In this document: piece by piece, positions 54,512-64,000 of the stretch
Position numbering within the stretch: the stretch's first letter is position 1
How the letters are laid out: every line of letters starts with the position of its first letter
Assembly: GCA_963778655.1 (NCBI GenBank)
Contig: CAVZVA010000002.1
Location: 1 to 64,000 of the forward strand
From: an uncultured delta proteobacterium
GTDB lineage: Bacteria; Myxococcota_A; Polyangia; Polyangiales; JAFGIB01
Reading direction: 5' to 3'
DNA: 64,000 nt
The notes under the pieces: model-generated
Database searches by the model: none
What the model saw: only the letters and a program-made list of their open reading frames with translations
Told to the model about the DNA's origin: nothing
Position numbers and translations under genes: made by a program

Positions 54512-56350
54512 TCAGCGGAACGCCAGGCCCTCGAACTGCCCCGAATCGCGCCAGGCCGCGAGGTACTTGAAGTACGCCGCCGCGCCGTACGGATAGCCTA
54601 CGTACAGGCGCGCGGCCGGGCCCGGATCCTGACCTTCGTTGTTGTAGTAGCCGGGCGTGCAATCCTGCGAGCCCAGCATGCGGCCGCCGCCCGCCAGCAA
54701 GAGCCCGACCCAGGCGTCCTCCGCCTCGCGCGTGAGCTCCACGCGGCCGAGCCCCCGCTCGCGCATGTGCTTCACGATCGTGGCGATCGACTTGCCCGCC
54801 TCGACCAGGTTGTGCGGCACGTTCGAGATCAGGTTCGCGCCCTGCGTCGGCTGAACCAAGAACAGGTTCGGAAAGCCGTGCACGTGCACGCCGTGCATGC
54901 TGCGCATGCCCTCCTCCCAGTACTCGGACAGCTGCAGCGCGTCACGGCCCAGAGGGTCGAAACCGATGCGATCCGCGGCAACTCGGCCGGGGTTCGAGCC
55001 GATCGCGTACCCCACCTCGAAGCCCGAGGCGTAGATGATGCAATCCACTTCGTAGGCCTTGCCTTCCGCGTGCACCGCATGCTCGCTGATGCGCTCGACG
55101 CCCTTGCCGTCGGTGTCGACGAGCGTCGTGTTGGGCGAGTTGAACGCCTGCAGGTACTCGTCGTGAAAGCACGGACGCTTGCACAGCTGGCGATACCAGG
55201 CCTTGAGCTTGGACGCCGTCTGGCGGTCCTCTACGATGGCGTCGACCCGCGCGCGGATCTCCTCCATCTTCTCGAAGTCCGCCTCCTCCCAGGCCAGCAG
55301 CATGCTCTGCGGCGTGCGCTCGGCCGGCGGGATCCGCTCGATGCGCTCGCGGATGCGCCGCGCGAGGTCCGTCCACCCGTCCATCACCAGATCTTCGGAG
55401 GCGCCCCCGCCGGTCTGCACCGCGGTGAAGTTCTCCAGCCAGCGCTGTTGCCAGCCCGGCGTCGCGATCGTGGCGAACCACGCGGGATCGGTGGGCCGAT
55501 TGTCGCGCACGTCGACCGACGAAGGCGTGCGTTGAAACACGTAGAGCTGCTTGCAGGCTGCCGCGAGCTGCGGCACGCACTGCACCGCCGTGGCACCCGT
55601 ACCGATGATGGCGACACGCTTGTCGCGCAAGCGGTCGAGCGGCGCCCCTGCCGGGTCTCCGCCGGTATAGTCGTAGTCCCAGCGGCTGGTGTGAAACGAG
55701 TGGCCGCGAAAGCTCTCGAGCCCAGCAATCCCCGGCAACTTGGGCACGTGCAGCCCGCCTGGGCCCATGCCGACGAACTGCGCCGTGAAGTCGTCGCCGC
55801 GGCTGGTCTGGATCCGCCAGCGCCCGTTTGCGTCGTCCCAGGACAGCGCGCGCACCTCGGTATGGAACAGCGCGCCGTCATACAGGCCGTAGTGTCTTCC
55901 GATACGCCGCGAATGCTCGAGGATCTCGGGCGCGTGCGCGTACTTTTCGCTCGGCATGTGCCCGGTCTCTTCGAGCAGCGGCATGTACACGAACGACGCC
56001 GTGTCACACTGCGCTCCCGGATAGCGATTCCAGTACCAGGTGCCGCCGAAGTCGCCGCCCTTCTCGATCACGCGCACGTCGTGAACGTCTGCCTCGACCA
56101 GACGCGCTCCGGTCACCAGACCCGCAAAGCCGCCGCCGATGAACGCGAAAGTCACGTGGTCGCGCCGCGGCTCGCGCGGCTGCACCGGCGTGTAGGGATC
56201 TTCGAGGTAGTGCGAGAGTTGCCCGGCGAGCCGCGCGTACTGTGCGTTGCCGTCCGCGCGCAGCCGCTTGGCGCGCTCCTCCCGGTATTTGGCGCGCAAT
56301 GCCTCGGCGTCGTAGCCGGGAACGCTGCGTTGGCGTGGCGTATCGCTCAT
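54512..56350 (-). CDS. Baeyer-Villiger monooxygenase (type I flavoprotein)
   Basis: GGGFAG, GGTWYWNRYPG, FRGHSFHTSRW fingerprint, GTGATA, KRPCFHD, CTPGYYNNEG. Confidence 0.95.
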   Translation of the reverse strand: MSDTPRQRSVPGYDAEALRAKYREERAKRLRADGNAQYARLAGQLSHYLEDPYTPVQPREPRRDHVTFAFIGGGFAGLVTGARLVEADVHDVRVIEKGGDFGGTWYWNRYPGAQCDTASFVYMPLLEETGHMPSEKYAHAPEILEHSRRIGRHYGLYDGALFHTEVRALSWDDANGRWRIQTSRGDDFTAQFVGMGPGGLHVPKLPGIAGLESFRGHSFHTSRWDYDYTGGDPAGAPLDRLRDKRVAIIGTGATAVQCVPQLAAACKQLYVFQRTPSSVDVRDNRPTDPAWFATIATPGWQQRWLENFTAVQTGGGASEDLVMDGWTDLARRIRERIERIPPAERTPQSMLLAWEEADFEKMEEIRARVDAIVEDRQTASKLKAWYRQLCKRPCFHDEYLQAFNSPNTTLVDTDGKGVERISEHAVHAEGKAYEVDCIIYASGFEVGYAIGSNPGRVAADRIGFDPLGRDALQLSEYWEEGMRSMHGVHVHGFPNLFLVQPTQGANLISNVPHNLVEAGKSIATIVKHMRERGLGRVELTREAEDAWVGLLLAGGGRMLGSQDCTPGYYNNEGQDPGPAARLYVGYPYGAAAYFKYLAAWRDSGQFEGLAFR

Positions 56351-56804
56351 GGTTGCGGCCTCTCCTGGGTCGGGCTACGGCGAACGAGCTGGGAGGCCAT
56401 CGTGAACCGGTCGCAGAAGGGCTCGACCACGCGCAACCCTGCCCCAACGGGGCTCGCCGGGCAACCGCCGTTCGCAGTCGCGGGTGCAGGGGGCGGCCCG
56501 GTGGAGCTGACCGCGCGGCACCGGCGCGCTGGACGCGGCTCTGCCCGCGATCCGGCCCCGCCAGGCGCCGATGTCGTTCTGACCGGATCCGTCCTGCCTT
56601 GCGGGCGGCACCCTTACGCTCCAATCTCGAATTGCAGCTCGGGAAAGCCTCGATGCTCGGTGACCACCCCCGCCTGCCGGCTTGCAAGCAGGCGTGAGGT
56701 TGGCCATCGTCCCAGCGCGCCTCGGCTGGCCGCAAACGTCCGCCATCTGATTCCATCGGACCTGCGAGAGGGAACGCAGCGTCGCAAGACGCCGCGCTGA
56801 CGCC

Positions 56805-57215
56805 ATGTTCCGCGACGACTTCGTGTTACGCGCCGTCCGGCAGATCGCCCAAGTGCTGGCGCGCATCATGGGATTACGACAGGAAGGCCGGCAAGAGGAG
56901 GCCGACCGCGAGCTCGACGACCTCTACCGCGGCCTCGTCCCCTTCGATCCCGACCTGCTCGAGCTGCTCGACACGCGCACTCTGGCATCGATGATCGCGG
57001 ACCCTGCGAGGCTACGCGCGCTGTGCCAGGTGCTGCTGTTCGACGGCGACGGCGCGGCCGAGCGCGGCGCTCGGGAGCGCGCCCGGCGCAAGTGGCGGCG
57101 CGCGCTCGAGCTGCTCGAGCACGGCCTGCCCGTGCCCACCGATGATGACCGCGACCTGATGCAAGCCCTGCGCACCCGCCTCGAGCCCGAGCCGAAGGAT
57201 AGCAGCGCCGGCTGA
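56805..57215 (+). CDS. Hypothetical helical protein (DUF6483-like)
   Basis: MFRDDFVLR..RQIAQVLARI.GL N-terminus. Confidence 0.6.
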   Translation: MFRDDFVLRAVRQIAQVLARIMGLRQEGRQEEADRELDDLYRGLVPFDPDLLELLDTRTLASMIADPARLRALCQVLLFDGDGAAERGARERARRKWRRALELLEHGLPVPTDDDRDLMQALRTRLEPEPKDSSAG

Positions 57216-57569
57216 ACCGCCCGCTCCTGCGGTTTCGGTTGCCGGTGTTGGCGGGGCGCGTGCGCGCGCGCCATGGCGACCGTGCGGTCGGCGACACCTG
57301 CTCGCGCTCAGTGAGCCGGGCAAGGGGCGCTCGGCGCGATGCACATCGCGCCGGCCCGCAGGCAATACAAACCCGTCGCGCACGAGCAGGCGTGCTGCAG
57401 CGCGGGACAACCGGCGGCCGCGTCGCCGCCCGAGCCGGCGCAGGCCGATGTTCCTTGGCTGGTGGAGGCACCCGAGCCCTGCGCCGCCGCATCACCGCCC
57501 GACGAGGCGCCCGCCGTGGCCGCCGCCTCAGCCGCTGCCACCGTTGAACGTCTTGGGACCAGGAGATCC

Positions 57570-57633
57570 ACAGGAACGCGGGAAGCCGGGAAGTCCCGGG
57601 GGGGTTGTTCTTCTCGCCTTCCGGTCTTCCTGT
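57570..57633. repeat. Palindromic REP-like element, copy C
   Basis: ACAGGAACGCGGGAAGCCGGGAAG ... CTTCTCGCCTTCCGGTCTTCCTGT. Confidence 0.7.
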
Positions 57634-57670
57634 TGAATCCTCGGAAGAGCCATTTCTGGGCGAGAGCTAA

Positions 57671-57839
57671 CTAGAGTGCATTTCATAAATCCGAAATGCT
57701 CGATTTCGGAGCGCGACGGGTCCGCCGGCAAGGCGCGCGACCGCTGGAATACTCGGTGTATTTCAAGGTCGCGCAACGCAGCCGCCGGGCTCGTCCCGCC
57801 CGAAAGGGGGCGTTGAGCGGTTTATGAAATGCACTCTAG
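57671..57839. mobile_element. MITE-like element with 19-bp perfect inverted ends including CTAG
   Basis: CTAGAGTGCATTTCATAAA (57671-57689) and TTTATGAAATGCACTCTAG (57821-57839); no ORF inside. Confidence 0.85.
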
Positions 57840-58483
57840 CCGTGTTGCGCCAGCTCGACTTGGGGCGGGCGGAGGCGCAGCTCGTGGATCACGCTGCCGA
57901 GCTGACCGGAGACGTAGCGCACCAACTCCACGTCGTGGTCGCCGAACTCGGCCGCGCAGATCGGCTCGGCCAGCGCCAGCAGCCCGAGCAGCGTCCGATC
58001 GTGGAGGATCGGACACAGCAGCACCGGGGAGTCTTTGCCCTCCGGAGCGATCCACGCCGCGCCATCGGGCCCGCCATCCGTCAGCACCACGTCATAAGCC
58101 GCATGCCCGACCAGGCACCGCGCCACGGGCATGGCCGTCCCCTTCAGCAGCTCGTGTCCGACACCGCGTGCGACCACGAAGCGCATCTCGTCCCTGTCGA
58201 TATCGTGCAGCGCCGCCGCCATCGCGGCGGTAGGCAGCTCCCCGGCCAGCGCTTCGCTCGCGAGCTCGAGCGCCGTGGCGATATTCGGCTGCAGCGACAG
58301 GTCGGCGAGCGCGTCGAAGACATCCTCGAGGCGGGACTGAATGTAAGGCGGTGGCGGAGGCGCGCTGGTGAGCCGCGGCACCGCGAGCGGGCGCCGCAAG
58401 CTCTTGACCACCGCGACCGCGCGCTGCGAGTGGTTTGCGACGCGCTGCAGTGCCTGCCGAAAGGTATGCCCGAATCCACTCAT
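57836..58483 (-). CDS. GAF-domain protein
   Basis: D.D.DE.RFVVARG...PI......LG.L.L.....EF...D.EL..Y...Q; start approximate. Confidence 0.75.
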   Translation of the reverse strand: MSGFGHTFRQALQRVANHSQRAVAVVKSLRRPLAVPRLTSAPPPPPYIQSRLEDVFDALADLSLQPNIATALELASEALAGELPTAAMAAALHDIDRDEMRFVVARGVGHELLKGTAMPVARCLVGHAAYDVVLTDGGPDGAAWIAPEGKDSPVLLCPILHDRTLLGLLALAEPICAAEFGDHDVELVRYVSGQLGSVIHELRLRPPQVELAQHG

Positions 58484-58761
58484 GTGGGGAGGTGGAAGCA
58501 AGCCGCGCGCGTGCCGGCCGCGCCCCATTCCTATGGTGGCCTGAGCGCACCAATTCGGTCGAAACTTTCGCACTGCCAGCCGCCTCCTTTTCTAGGACGG
58601 ATTCTGTTCGTCGAGCGGTCCGACATTCGGGTTGCTCACGCAATTGATCTCGATCCATTGCGGCTCCCCTATCGCAAGCCAGAGCGCACGCCGGCCGGCG
58701 CGGGGCGGCCTGTTCGGAGATCCTTGGCGGTACGTGTCTTGTAAAGGAGCGCGAGGCCGCC

Positions 58762-59022
58762 ATGGACCAACTCGACACGCAACGCTCAGAGCACATCTGC
58801 GACAACTTTCGCCGAGCTGGCATCGGTGCGTCGGTCGTGCTTCTGCCCCCCTTTCTGGTTTTGGCCGTCGTACCCATGCTGGTGCTGCTGATCCCCGTGG
58901 CGATGGTGGGGATTCCTTTCATCGTCCCGGCGCTGTTCAGCGGCTCGCGAGCCGCGCGCGAGGAACAGCTGCGACACCAGAGTTGGCGGCCGCGCCCGCG
59001 TCTGGCGGTGCGCTGGGCATGA
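58762..59022 (+). CDS. Small membrane protein
   Basis: AAGGAG RBS; long Pro-containing hydrophobic stretch. Confidence 0.55.
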   Translation: MDQLDTQRSEHICDNFRRAGIGASVVLLPPFLVLAVVPMLVLLIPVAMVGIPFIVPALFSGSRAAREEQLRHQSWRPRPRLAVRWA

Positions 59023-59292
59023 TCGCTTGCGCTGGGCAGGGGTGCGCGCTCCTGGACTGGATGGCTCGGGGGCGACCTCGCTGCCTCGAGCGACCGTGCT
59101 GTCTCGCGCAGCGCGCCCCTTCGCCGCAGCAAGCTTTGGAGCGTCTGGCGGATGGACGCGCGCGCGCGCTGCTGCCGAACCCGAGCGGCGGACGGACGAC
59201 GCCCGTGGTCTTTGCATCGCTCGAGCTGATCGCGCGCGCGTGCGCCGCGCCACCCCGCGACCGCGGTGGCGACCCGCAACCGAGCTCGCGCC

Positions 59293-59676
59293 TCAGCGCA
59301 GCCAAAAATAGAGCAGCAGGCCCAGGCCGATGAACAGCGCCAGCGTCTTCGCGTCGAAGCCGCCTCCCTTCGCGTCCGCGGCATCGCCGGGCGGCTCCGG
59401 GGCCGCGTTCAACGCCTGGGCCTCGAGCTCGTCGGCCTGCTTGGCATCGCCCGAGGTCTGAAGCGAGGCGGCGATGAGGTCACGTGCCGCCTGCTCGTGC
59501 TCGCGCGGAACCTCGATCAGCTGCTCGATGGCCGAGTCGCCTACGCCCAGCAGCGAGGGCCTCGCCTGACCGAGCCGGCGCGGTTCCAGGCCCTCGGCCC
59601 GAAGCATCGTCTCGGCCAAGTCGAGCGCCGGCACCGAGAAGCCGCGGTAGACGATCACCCAGTCATCGCCGTGCAT
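59293..59676 (-). CDS. DUF2007-like protein with C-terminal TM
   Basis: WV.VY.......L....L.AEG......I.V......AR..I pattern; C-terminal hydrophobic helix. Confidence 0.65.
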   Translation of the reverse strand: MHGDDWVIVYRGFSVPALDLAETMLRAEGLEPRRLGQARPSLLGVGDSAIEQLIEVPREHEQAARDLIAASLQTSGDAKQADELEAQALNAAPEPPGDAADAKGGGFDAKTLALFIGLGLLLYFWLR

Positions 59677-59798
59677 ATCCGTACCGTACCACCTCGCGGC
59701 GGCCCAGCCATGCGCACGCTCAGACGACCGGATCGGAAGAGCCATTCCCGCCCGGACGGGTACAATCGCCGAGAACCACGGCTCGGAGACGGAATCGC

Positions 59799-61172
59799 AT
59801 GCGAAACACAACATTCGTGCTCACGCTGGTGGCGCTTGCCGGCGCGGCTCGGCCGCTTTCGGCCCAGAGCGACCTCGATCAACGGGTCGACCGGCTGCTG
59901 CCGGAGCTGGTGGCAACGTACAAGGCGCTCCACGCGGCGCCCGAGCTTTCCGGGCACGAGCAGAAAACCTCGGCACTGCTCGCCTCGCGGCTGCGCGCGC
60001 TCGGCTACCAGACCCTCGAGCACATCGGCCGCTACGACGCCAAGGACAAGGACCTCACCGGCTACGGCGTCGCGGCCGTGATGAAGAACGGCGAGGGCCC
60101 GACGGTGCTGGTCCGCACCGATCTCGACGCGCTGCCGGTGGTCGAAGAGACCGGCCTGCCGTATGCGAGCACGGTCACGACCAAGGACGCCTCGGGCCAG
60201 ACGGTGGGCGTGATGCACGCCTGCGGACACGACGTTCACATCTCGACCGTCCTCGGCACCGCCAGCTTACTCGCCCAGATGAAGGACCGCTGGCGAGGCA
60301 CGGTCGTGATCGTGGGCCAGCCGGCGGAGGAGCTCGGCAAGGGGGCGGATGCGATGCTGCGCGACGGCCTGTACACCAAGGTCCCCAAGCCGAGCTACGT
60401 GCTCGGCCTCCACGATGCCTCCGACCTGCCCGCGGGCAAGGTCGCGTACTGCCCGGGCTACGCGCTCGCGAACATCGACGCCGTCGACATCACCATTCGC
60501 GGTGTGGGCGGCCACGGCGCGATGCCGAACAAGACCAAGGATCCAATCGTGCTCGCCGCCGAGACGATCCTCGCGTTGCAGACGATCGTGAGCCGCGAGG
60601 ACTCCCCGCTCGACCCGGCGGTGGTCACCGTGGGCTCGATTCACGGTGGCACCAAGCGCAACGTGATCCCCAATCAGGTCGTGCTTCAGCTCACGGTCAG
60701 AACGTACAAGGACGAGGTGCGCAAGCACATACTGGAATCGATCAAGCGCATCGCACGAGGGATGGCGATCGCGGCCGGAATGCCGAAGGACCGCATGCCG
60801 GTCGTGAACGTCGCGGCGGCCGAGCGCGGCGACGCACTCTACAACGATCCCGCGCTCACGGCGCGGCTGGCCAAGGTCTGGGAGCAGGGGCTCGGCAAGA
60901 ACAACGTGATCCGCGTCGATCCAGAGATGGTGAGCGAGGACGTCGGGCACTTCGGGCTGGGCGGCAAGATCCCGGTGCTGCAGTTTCGTGTCGGCGCGGT
61001 CGACCCGGCCCTGGTCGCCAAGAGCAAGAAGAGCGGCGCTCCGCTGCCGCCCCTGCACTCCTCGCGCTTCGCTCCGTTGCCGGCCCCGACCATCCGCACC
61101 GGCGTGAGGGCGATGACGCTCGCCGTGCTCGAGCTGCTGCCGGCGCAGCCAGGCGCCGCACCCGCGCGCTAG
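59799..61172 (+). CDS. M20D amidohydrolase with signal peptide
   Basis: H..PELS..E, RTDLDALP, MHACGHD, QPAEE, GGHG, SED, PLHS. Confidence 0.95.
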   Translation: MRNTTFVLTLVALAGAARPLSAQSDLDQRVDRLLPELVATYKALHAAPELSGHEQKTSALLASRLRALGYQTLEHIGRYDAKDKDLTGYGVAAVMKNGEGPTVLVRTDLDALPVVEETGLPYASTVTTKDASGQTVGVMHACGHDVHISTVLGTASLLAQMKDRWRGTVVIVGQPAEELGKGADAMLRDGLYTKVPKPSYVLGLHDASDLPAGKVAYCPGYALANIDAVDITIRGVGGHGAMPNKTKDPIVLAAETILALQTIVSREDSPLDPAVVTVGSIHGGTKRNVIPNQVVLQLTVRTYKDEVRKHILESIKRIARGMAIAAGMPKDRMPVVNVAAAERGDALYNDPALTARLAKVWEQGLGKNNVIRVDPEMVSEDVGHFGLGGKIPVLQFRVGAVDPALVAKSKKSGAPLPPLHSSRFAPLPAPTIRTGVRAMTLAVLELLPAQPGAAPAR

Positions 61173-61316
61173 TCCGGCCGTTCGCAAGTTCGCTCAGGGC
61201 TATCTGCGCATGCCGCCACGCCGGAGCATAGCGGCCCCGCGGGAGGGTGCGCGCGCCGGGAGGGCCCCGCGCCGCTGGAGCGCCAGAGCCGCCCCGGGAA
61301 CGCCTCGGACCGAGCC

Positions 61317-62603
61317 TCACATCACGTGGGAGGGCTCGATCGGCGGGATGTCCTTGCAGCCGAACTGGAAGGTCAGCTTGGTGAAGGTGCCGTTCTTGGC
61401 GCTGTTGCACAGCCCGCCGGTGAGCTCCACGTGCGAGCCGTCAGGCGAGATGGTCCAACCGCCCGCGGTGCCCAGGTCGTGGGGCACGTTTTCCAGCACG
61501 CCCTGCATGCTGGCCTCCTCCACCACCAGCTGGAGCTTGTCGGGGACGGTGGTGGCCGGCATAAGGTCGATCGAGCAAGAATCGAACCCGGACGAAATCG
61601 TCTGCTGCACGATGTCCGCCATCTTCATCTGCAGAGTCATGGAGTCGGCGGGCGTGAGGTACGTCATCGTGCCGCCCGCCTGCGCGAGTGCATCGAGCAC
61701 CATCGGGCCGTTGCCGCTCATGGCGCCGGGCAAACCCACCACATACGTCTTGATGTTCTTCTGGCTGAGCCAGTTGGAGATGGTGGTGACGGTCGCGTTC
61801 TGGTCCCAGTTGCAGTTCGGCTCGCCGTCGGTGATCAAGATCACGACCGTGGTCCCGACCAGCGTCGCGCCCGAAAGCGCCATGTCGGCGGCGGCGACCG
61901 CCTCGGAGGTCGGGGTCGCGCCCACCGGCTGGTACAGGGGCGACCCGTTGCTGCCGGTCTGCAAGGTCGTGATCGCCTGCGGCCCCGGTCCGAAGTCGAG
62001 CTGATCGGATGCGGTGATCGGGTTCACGGCGCAGAACTGCGTGGGGTCGCCGCCAAGGATCGCGCAGGTGATGCCCGTCGGGTCGATGCAGCCGCCGCCG
62101 GTCGACATCGGGCTCGGGAAGAGCACGGCGCCGATGGTGAGCTGGTCGGCAATCGGAGTCAGCGCGTTGATCACGGCATCACCGGCGGCCTGCCACTTGG
62201 GCTGGCCGTTCCAATCGTCGTTCATACTGATCGAGCGATCGAAGATGATGAGCACGTTGCCCGGCATGTTGATCTTCTTCACGGTCGACGCGAGGGTGAG
62301 CGTGCCGCAGCCCTGGTCCGGGTTATTCGAAGCGCAGAACTGACCGACCACGCATGCGCTGCCGTCGCCGACGAGCTGGCCTCCATCAGGCAAGGGTTGA
62401 GCACCGGCCATCGGCGCAGCTGGGGTCGTGGAGTTGGCGAAGACGCCGCCTCCTGCCCCCGCGGTGCCGCCGCCCGGCTGATTGCCGGAGCCGCCCAGCG
62501 CTCCGCTGCCGCCGGTCCCCAGGGTACGACCGCCCCCGTCCGAGCCGGCCGAGCAGCCCGCGAGCACGAGCGCTGCAGCCAACGTCCACCGTCCCCACTG
62601 CAT
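61317..62603 (-). CDS. vWA-domain lipoprotein (CglB-like architecture)
   Basis: LAGC lipobox; MIDAS DRSISM; TPT; ITDGEPN; TYVVG; C-terminal FGC. Confidence 0.85.
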   Translation of the reverse strand: MQWGRWTLAAALVLAGCSAGSDGGGRTLGTGGSGALGGSGNQPGGGTAGAGGGVFANSTTPAAPMAGAQPLPDGGQLVGDGSACVVGQFCASNNPDQGCGTLTLASTVKKINMPGNVLIIFDRSISMNDDWNGQPKWQAAGDAVINALTPIADQLTIGAVLFPSPMSTGGGCIDPTGITCAILGGDPTQFCAVNPITASDQLDFGPGPQAITTLQTGSNGSPLYQPVGATPTSEAVAAADMALSGATLVGTTVVILITDGEPNCNWDQNATVTTISNWLSQKNIKTYVVGLPGAMSGNGPMVLDALAQAGGTMTYLTPADSMTLQMKMADIVQQTISSGFDSCSIDLMPATTVPDKLQLVVEEASMQGVLENVPHDLGTAGGWTISPDGSHVELTGGLCNSAKNGTFTKLTFQFGCKDIPPIEPSHVM

Positions 62604-62861
62604 ACGTCCTCCGTTCACGCCCTACGTCCGCTTACCCGGACGCAAGGGCGCGCGCCAAGCAGACCCACCTGCCCACGGTACCCAGTGGCGCCGCCCGGGG
62701 AATTTAGCTCATTCGTCGCGGCTTGGGCATTTCCCCATCGCGCCACGCTGTGGGCCTGGGGTGACGCACGGCGCCGGAACGTGGCATTGCCGACCGAATG
62801 CTCGCGTCTGACGGCGAATGTCCGGCGTCTCGGCCGCTGCGGCGCCGAGCTGCGCAGCGCG

Positions 62862-64000
62862 CTACTCGCCCTTGGCCTTCGATCGTGCGCCGAGCAGCCG
62901 GTGGAGAAAACCCGACTGCTGGCGTTCGTGCTCGCGCCGCATCTGGTAGATGCGAATTTCGCGCTGCGCGCCCACGTGCTTGGGATCGAGCATCAACACT
63001 CGCTCAAAGTGCCCCTGTGCGCGCTCCGCGTGGCCGGTCAGGCTGAGCACCAGGCCCCGGTAGTACAGCGCTTCCTCGCACAGCGGGTCGCGCTCGAGCG
63101 CGTGATTCAGGCACTTCCACACGTGGCGATCCGCGGTCTGTCTGGCCCCGCCGTGCTGATACATCAGCCAGCCGAGCAGCCCCTCGTCGGCCGGCGAGGG
63201 CTCGCCGAGCTTGACCGCCTGGTGCGCGACGCGCAGGGCTTCGGCGTGGTCACCGCGCTGCGACAGCAGCTTGGCCCTTTGCCACAGCGCTTCGACATGG
63301 TCGCGCTGCGCGCGCGCGTCATCCGGTCGCGTGCTCGAACGCGGCATGGCCAGCGGTCCGGACTCAAGCGCGCCGAACGGCCGCGGCGTTTGAGACGTGC
63401 GTCCGGCAGGCAGGCTCTGTCTCTGCGCCGGCAGGCTCTCCGGCCGCCGTGGCAGCTGGCTGCTGGCCGACGCCGGCCGCGAGCTGCGCGCCGCTGCTCC
63501 GGGCCGCTGGCTGTAGGTGCCCGAAGCCGGACGCCCCGAGGACGAGCCCGCGAACGGCGGGCGCCGCGATGCAGACGGGGGCAGCGAGGCGCCCGTGAGC
63601 GGCGGCGCCTGCGACACGACGCCCGAGATCGTGCGGTGCAGCGGCGACATCACGACGCCGCGGGTGATGTGCAACACGTAGAGCACCCGCCGCATCAACT
63701 CCGGCGGCACCTGAGTTCTGGAGTTGAGCTCGTCGAGCTCCGCCGCGCCTTGCGCGAGCCCCCGCACCACCAGCAGCTCCTCCGCGTCGAACGCGTAGCG
63801 TCCGAGGTCGAGCCCCACCCGCAGCTCGATCAAGCTGCGAGCGGCGATCTTCATGCTGCGCTCGGCCGCGTCCTCGCGCAGCGTCTTGCGCATGGCGGCC
63901 ACGATCATCGGCACCGGATCGATCGGTCCGGCCGCTCTCAGGCCGTCGCCGCCGACCAGGTCGCGACCGTCCACGAACTCCAGCCGCCCCTCGGCGAGCC
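62862..64000 (-). CDS. TPR-containing protein (5' end outside the window)
   Basis: Ser/Pro linker, then TPR helices (A.YYRG..L...G....A...F..VL.LDP). Confidence 0.7.
   Translation of the reverse strand, partial: LAEGRLEFVDGRDLVGGDGLRAAGPIDPVPMIVAAMRKTLREDAAERSMKIAARSLIELRVGLDLGRYAFDAEELLVVRGLAQGAAELDELNSRTQVPPELMRRVLYVLHITRGVVMSPLHRTISGVVSQAPPLTGASLPPSASRRPPFAGSSSGRPASGTYSQRPGAAARSSRPASASSQLPRRPESLPAQRQSLPAGRTSQTPRPFGALESGPLAMPRSSTRPDDARAQRDHVEALWQRAKLLSQRGDHAEALRVAHQAVKLGEPSPADEGLLGWLMYQHGGARQTADRHVWKCLNHALERDPLCEEALYYRGLVLSLTGHAERAQGHFERVLMLDPKHVGAQREIRIYQMRREHERQQSGFLHRLLGARSKAKGE

Noticed and set aside
57308..57571. 87-aa Ser/Gly/Cys-rich ORF as a RiPP precursor for the LanM-like enzyme
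   Set aside because: 12 kb away, starts inside a repeat element, no leader motif; more likely a gene remnant

Overview
High-GC window, most likely from a myxobacterium (Myxococcota). This is inferred from an AgmX/PglI-type C-terminal domain, a vWA lipoprotein, Cys-rich lipoproteins and a large Ser/Thr kinase. Layout: (1) 1-9.1 kb is a decaying accessory block with a MEDS protein, multi-PAS histidine kinase, two response regulators, a cNMP-binding thioredoxin-reductase-like flavoprotein, a broken dps fused to a Cu-SOD domain, a frameshifted ClC transporter and a possible integrase scar. (2) 9.1-33 kb is core-like, with an SRPBCC protein, a MepA-like peptidase, TPR/lipoproteins, nth, a ComF-family gene, rlmH, rsfS, proB, pilD, dnaE, mutH, a P1/DmpA peptidase, a KamA radical SAM enzyme, a tandem ATP-grasp ligase and tRNA-Lys/tRNA-Glu. 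(3) 33-46 kb is a tRNA-Glu-anchored patchwork of gene fragments, toxin-antitoxin-like pairs, an inverted copy of the tRNA-Glu 3' end, and a stand-alone LanM-type dehydratase next to a DTW gene. (4) 46-64 kb holds a kinase, LysM/M15 peptidase, beta-propeller lipoprotein, BVMO, a MITE, GAF, M20 amidohydrolase, vWA and TPR genes. Most notable observations: two tandem sigma54-promoter-led small-RNA candidates with C-rich loops between rlmH and comF; a ~69-aa protein resembling the GyrA/ParC winged-helix segment; a cyclase-less LanM dehydratase; a possible beta-amino-acid peptide module (KamA + double ATP-grasp + DmpA/BapA-like); mutH overlapping dnaE; and a dispersed palindromic repeat family. All calls come from reading motifs by eye; no searches were run.
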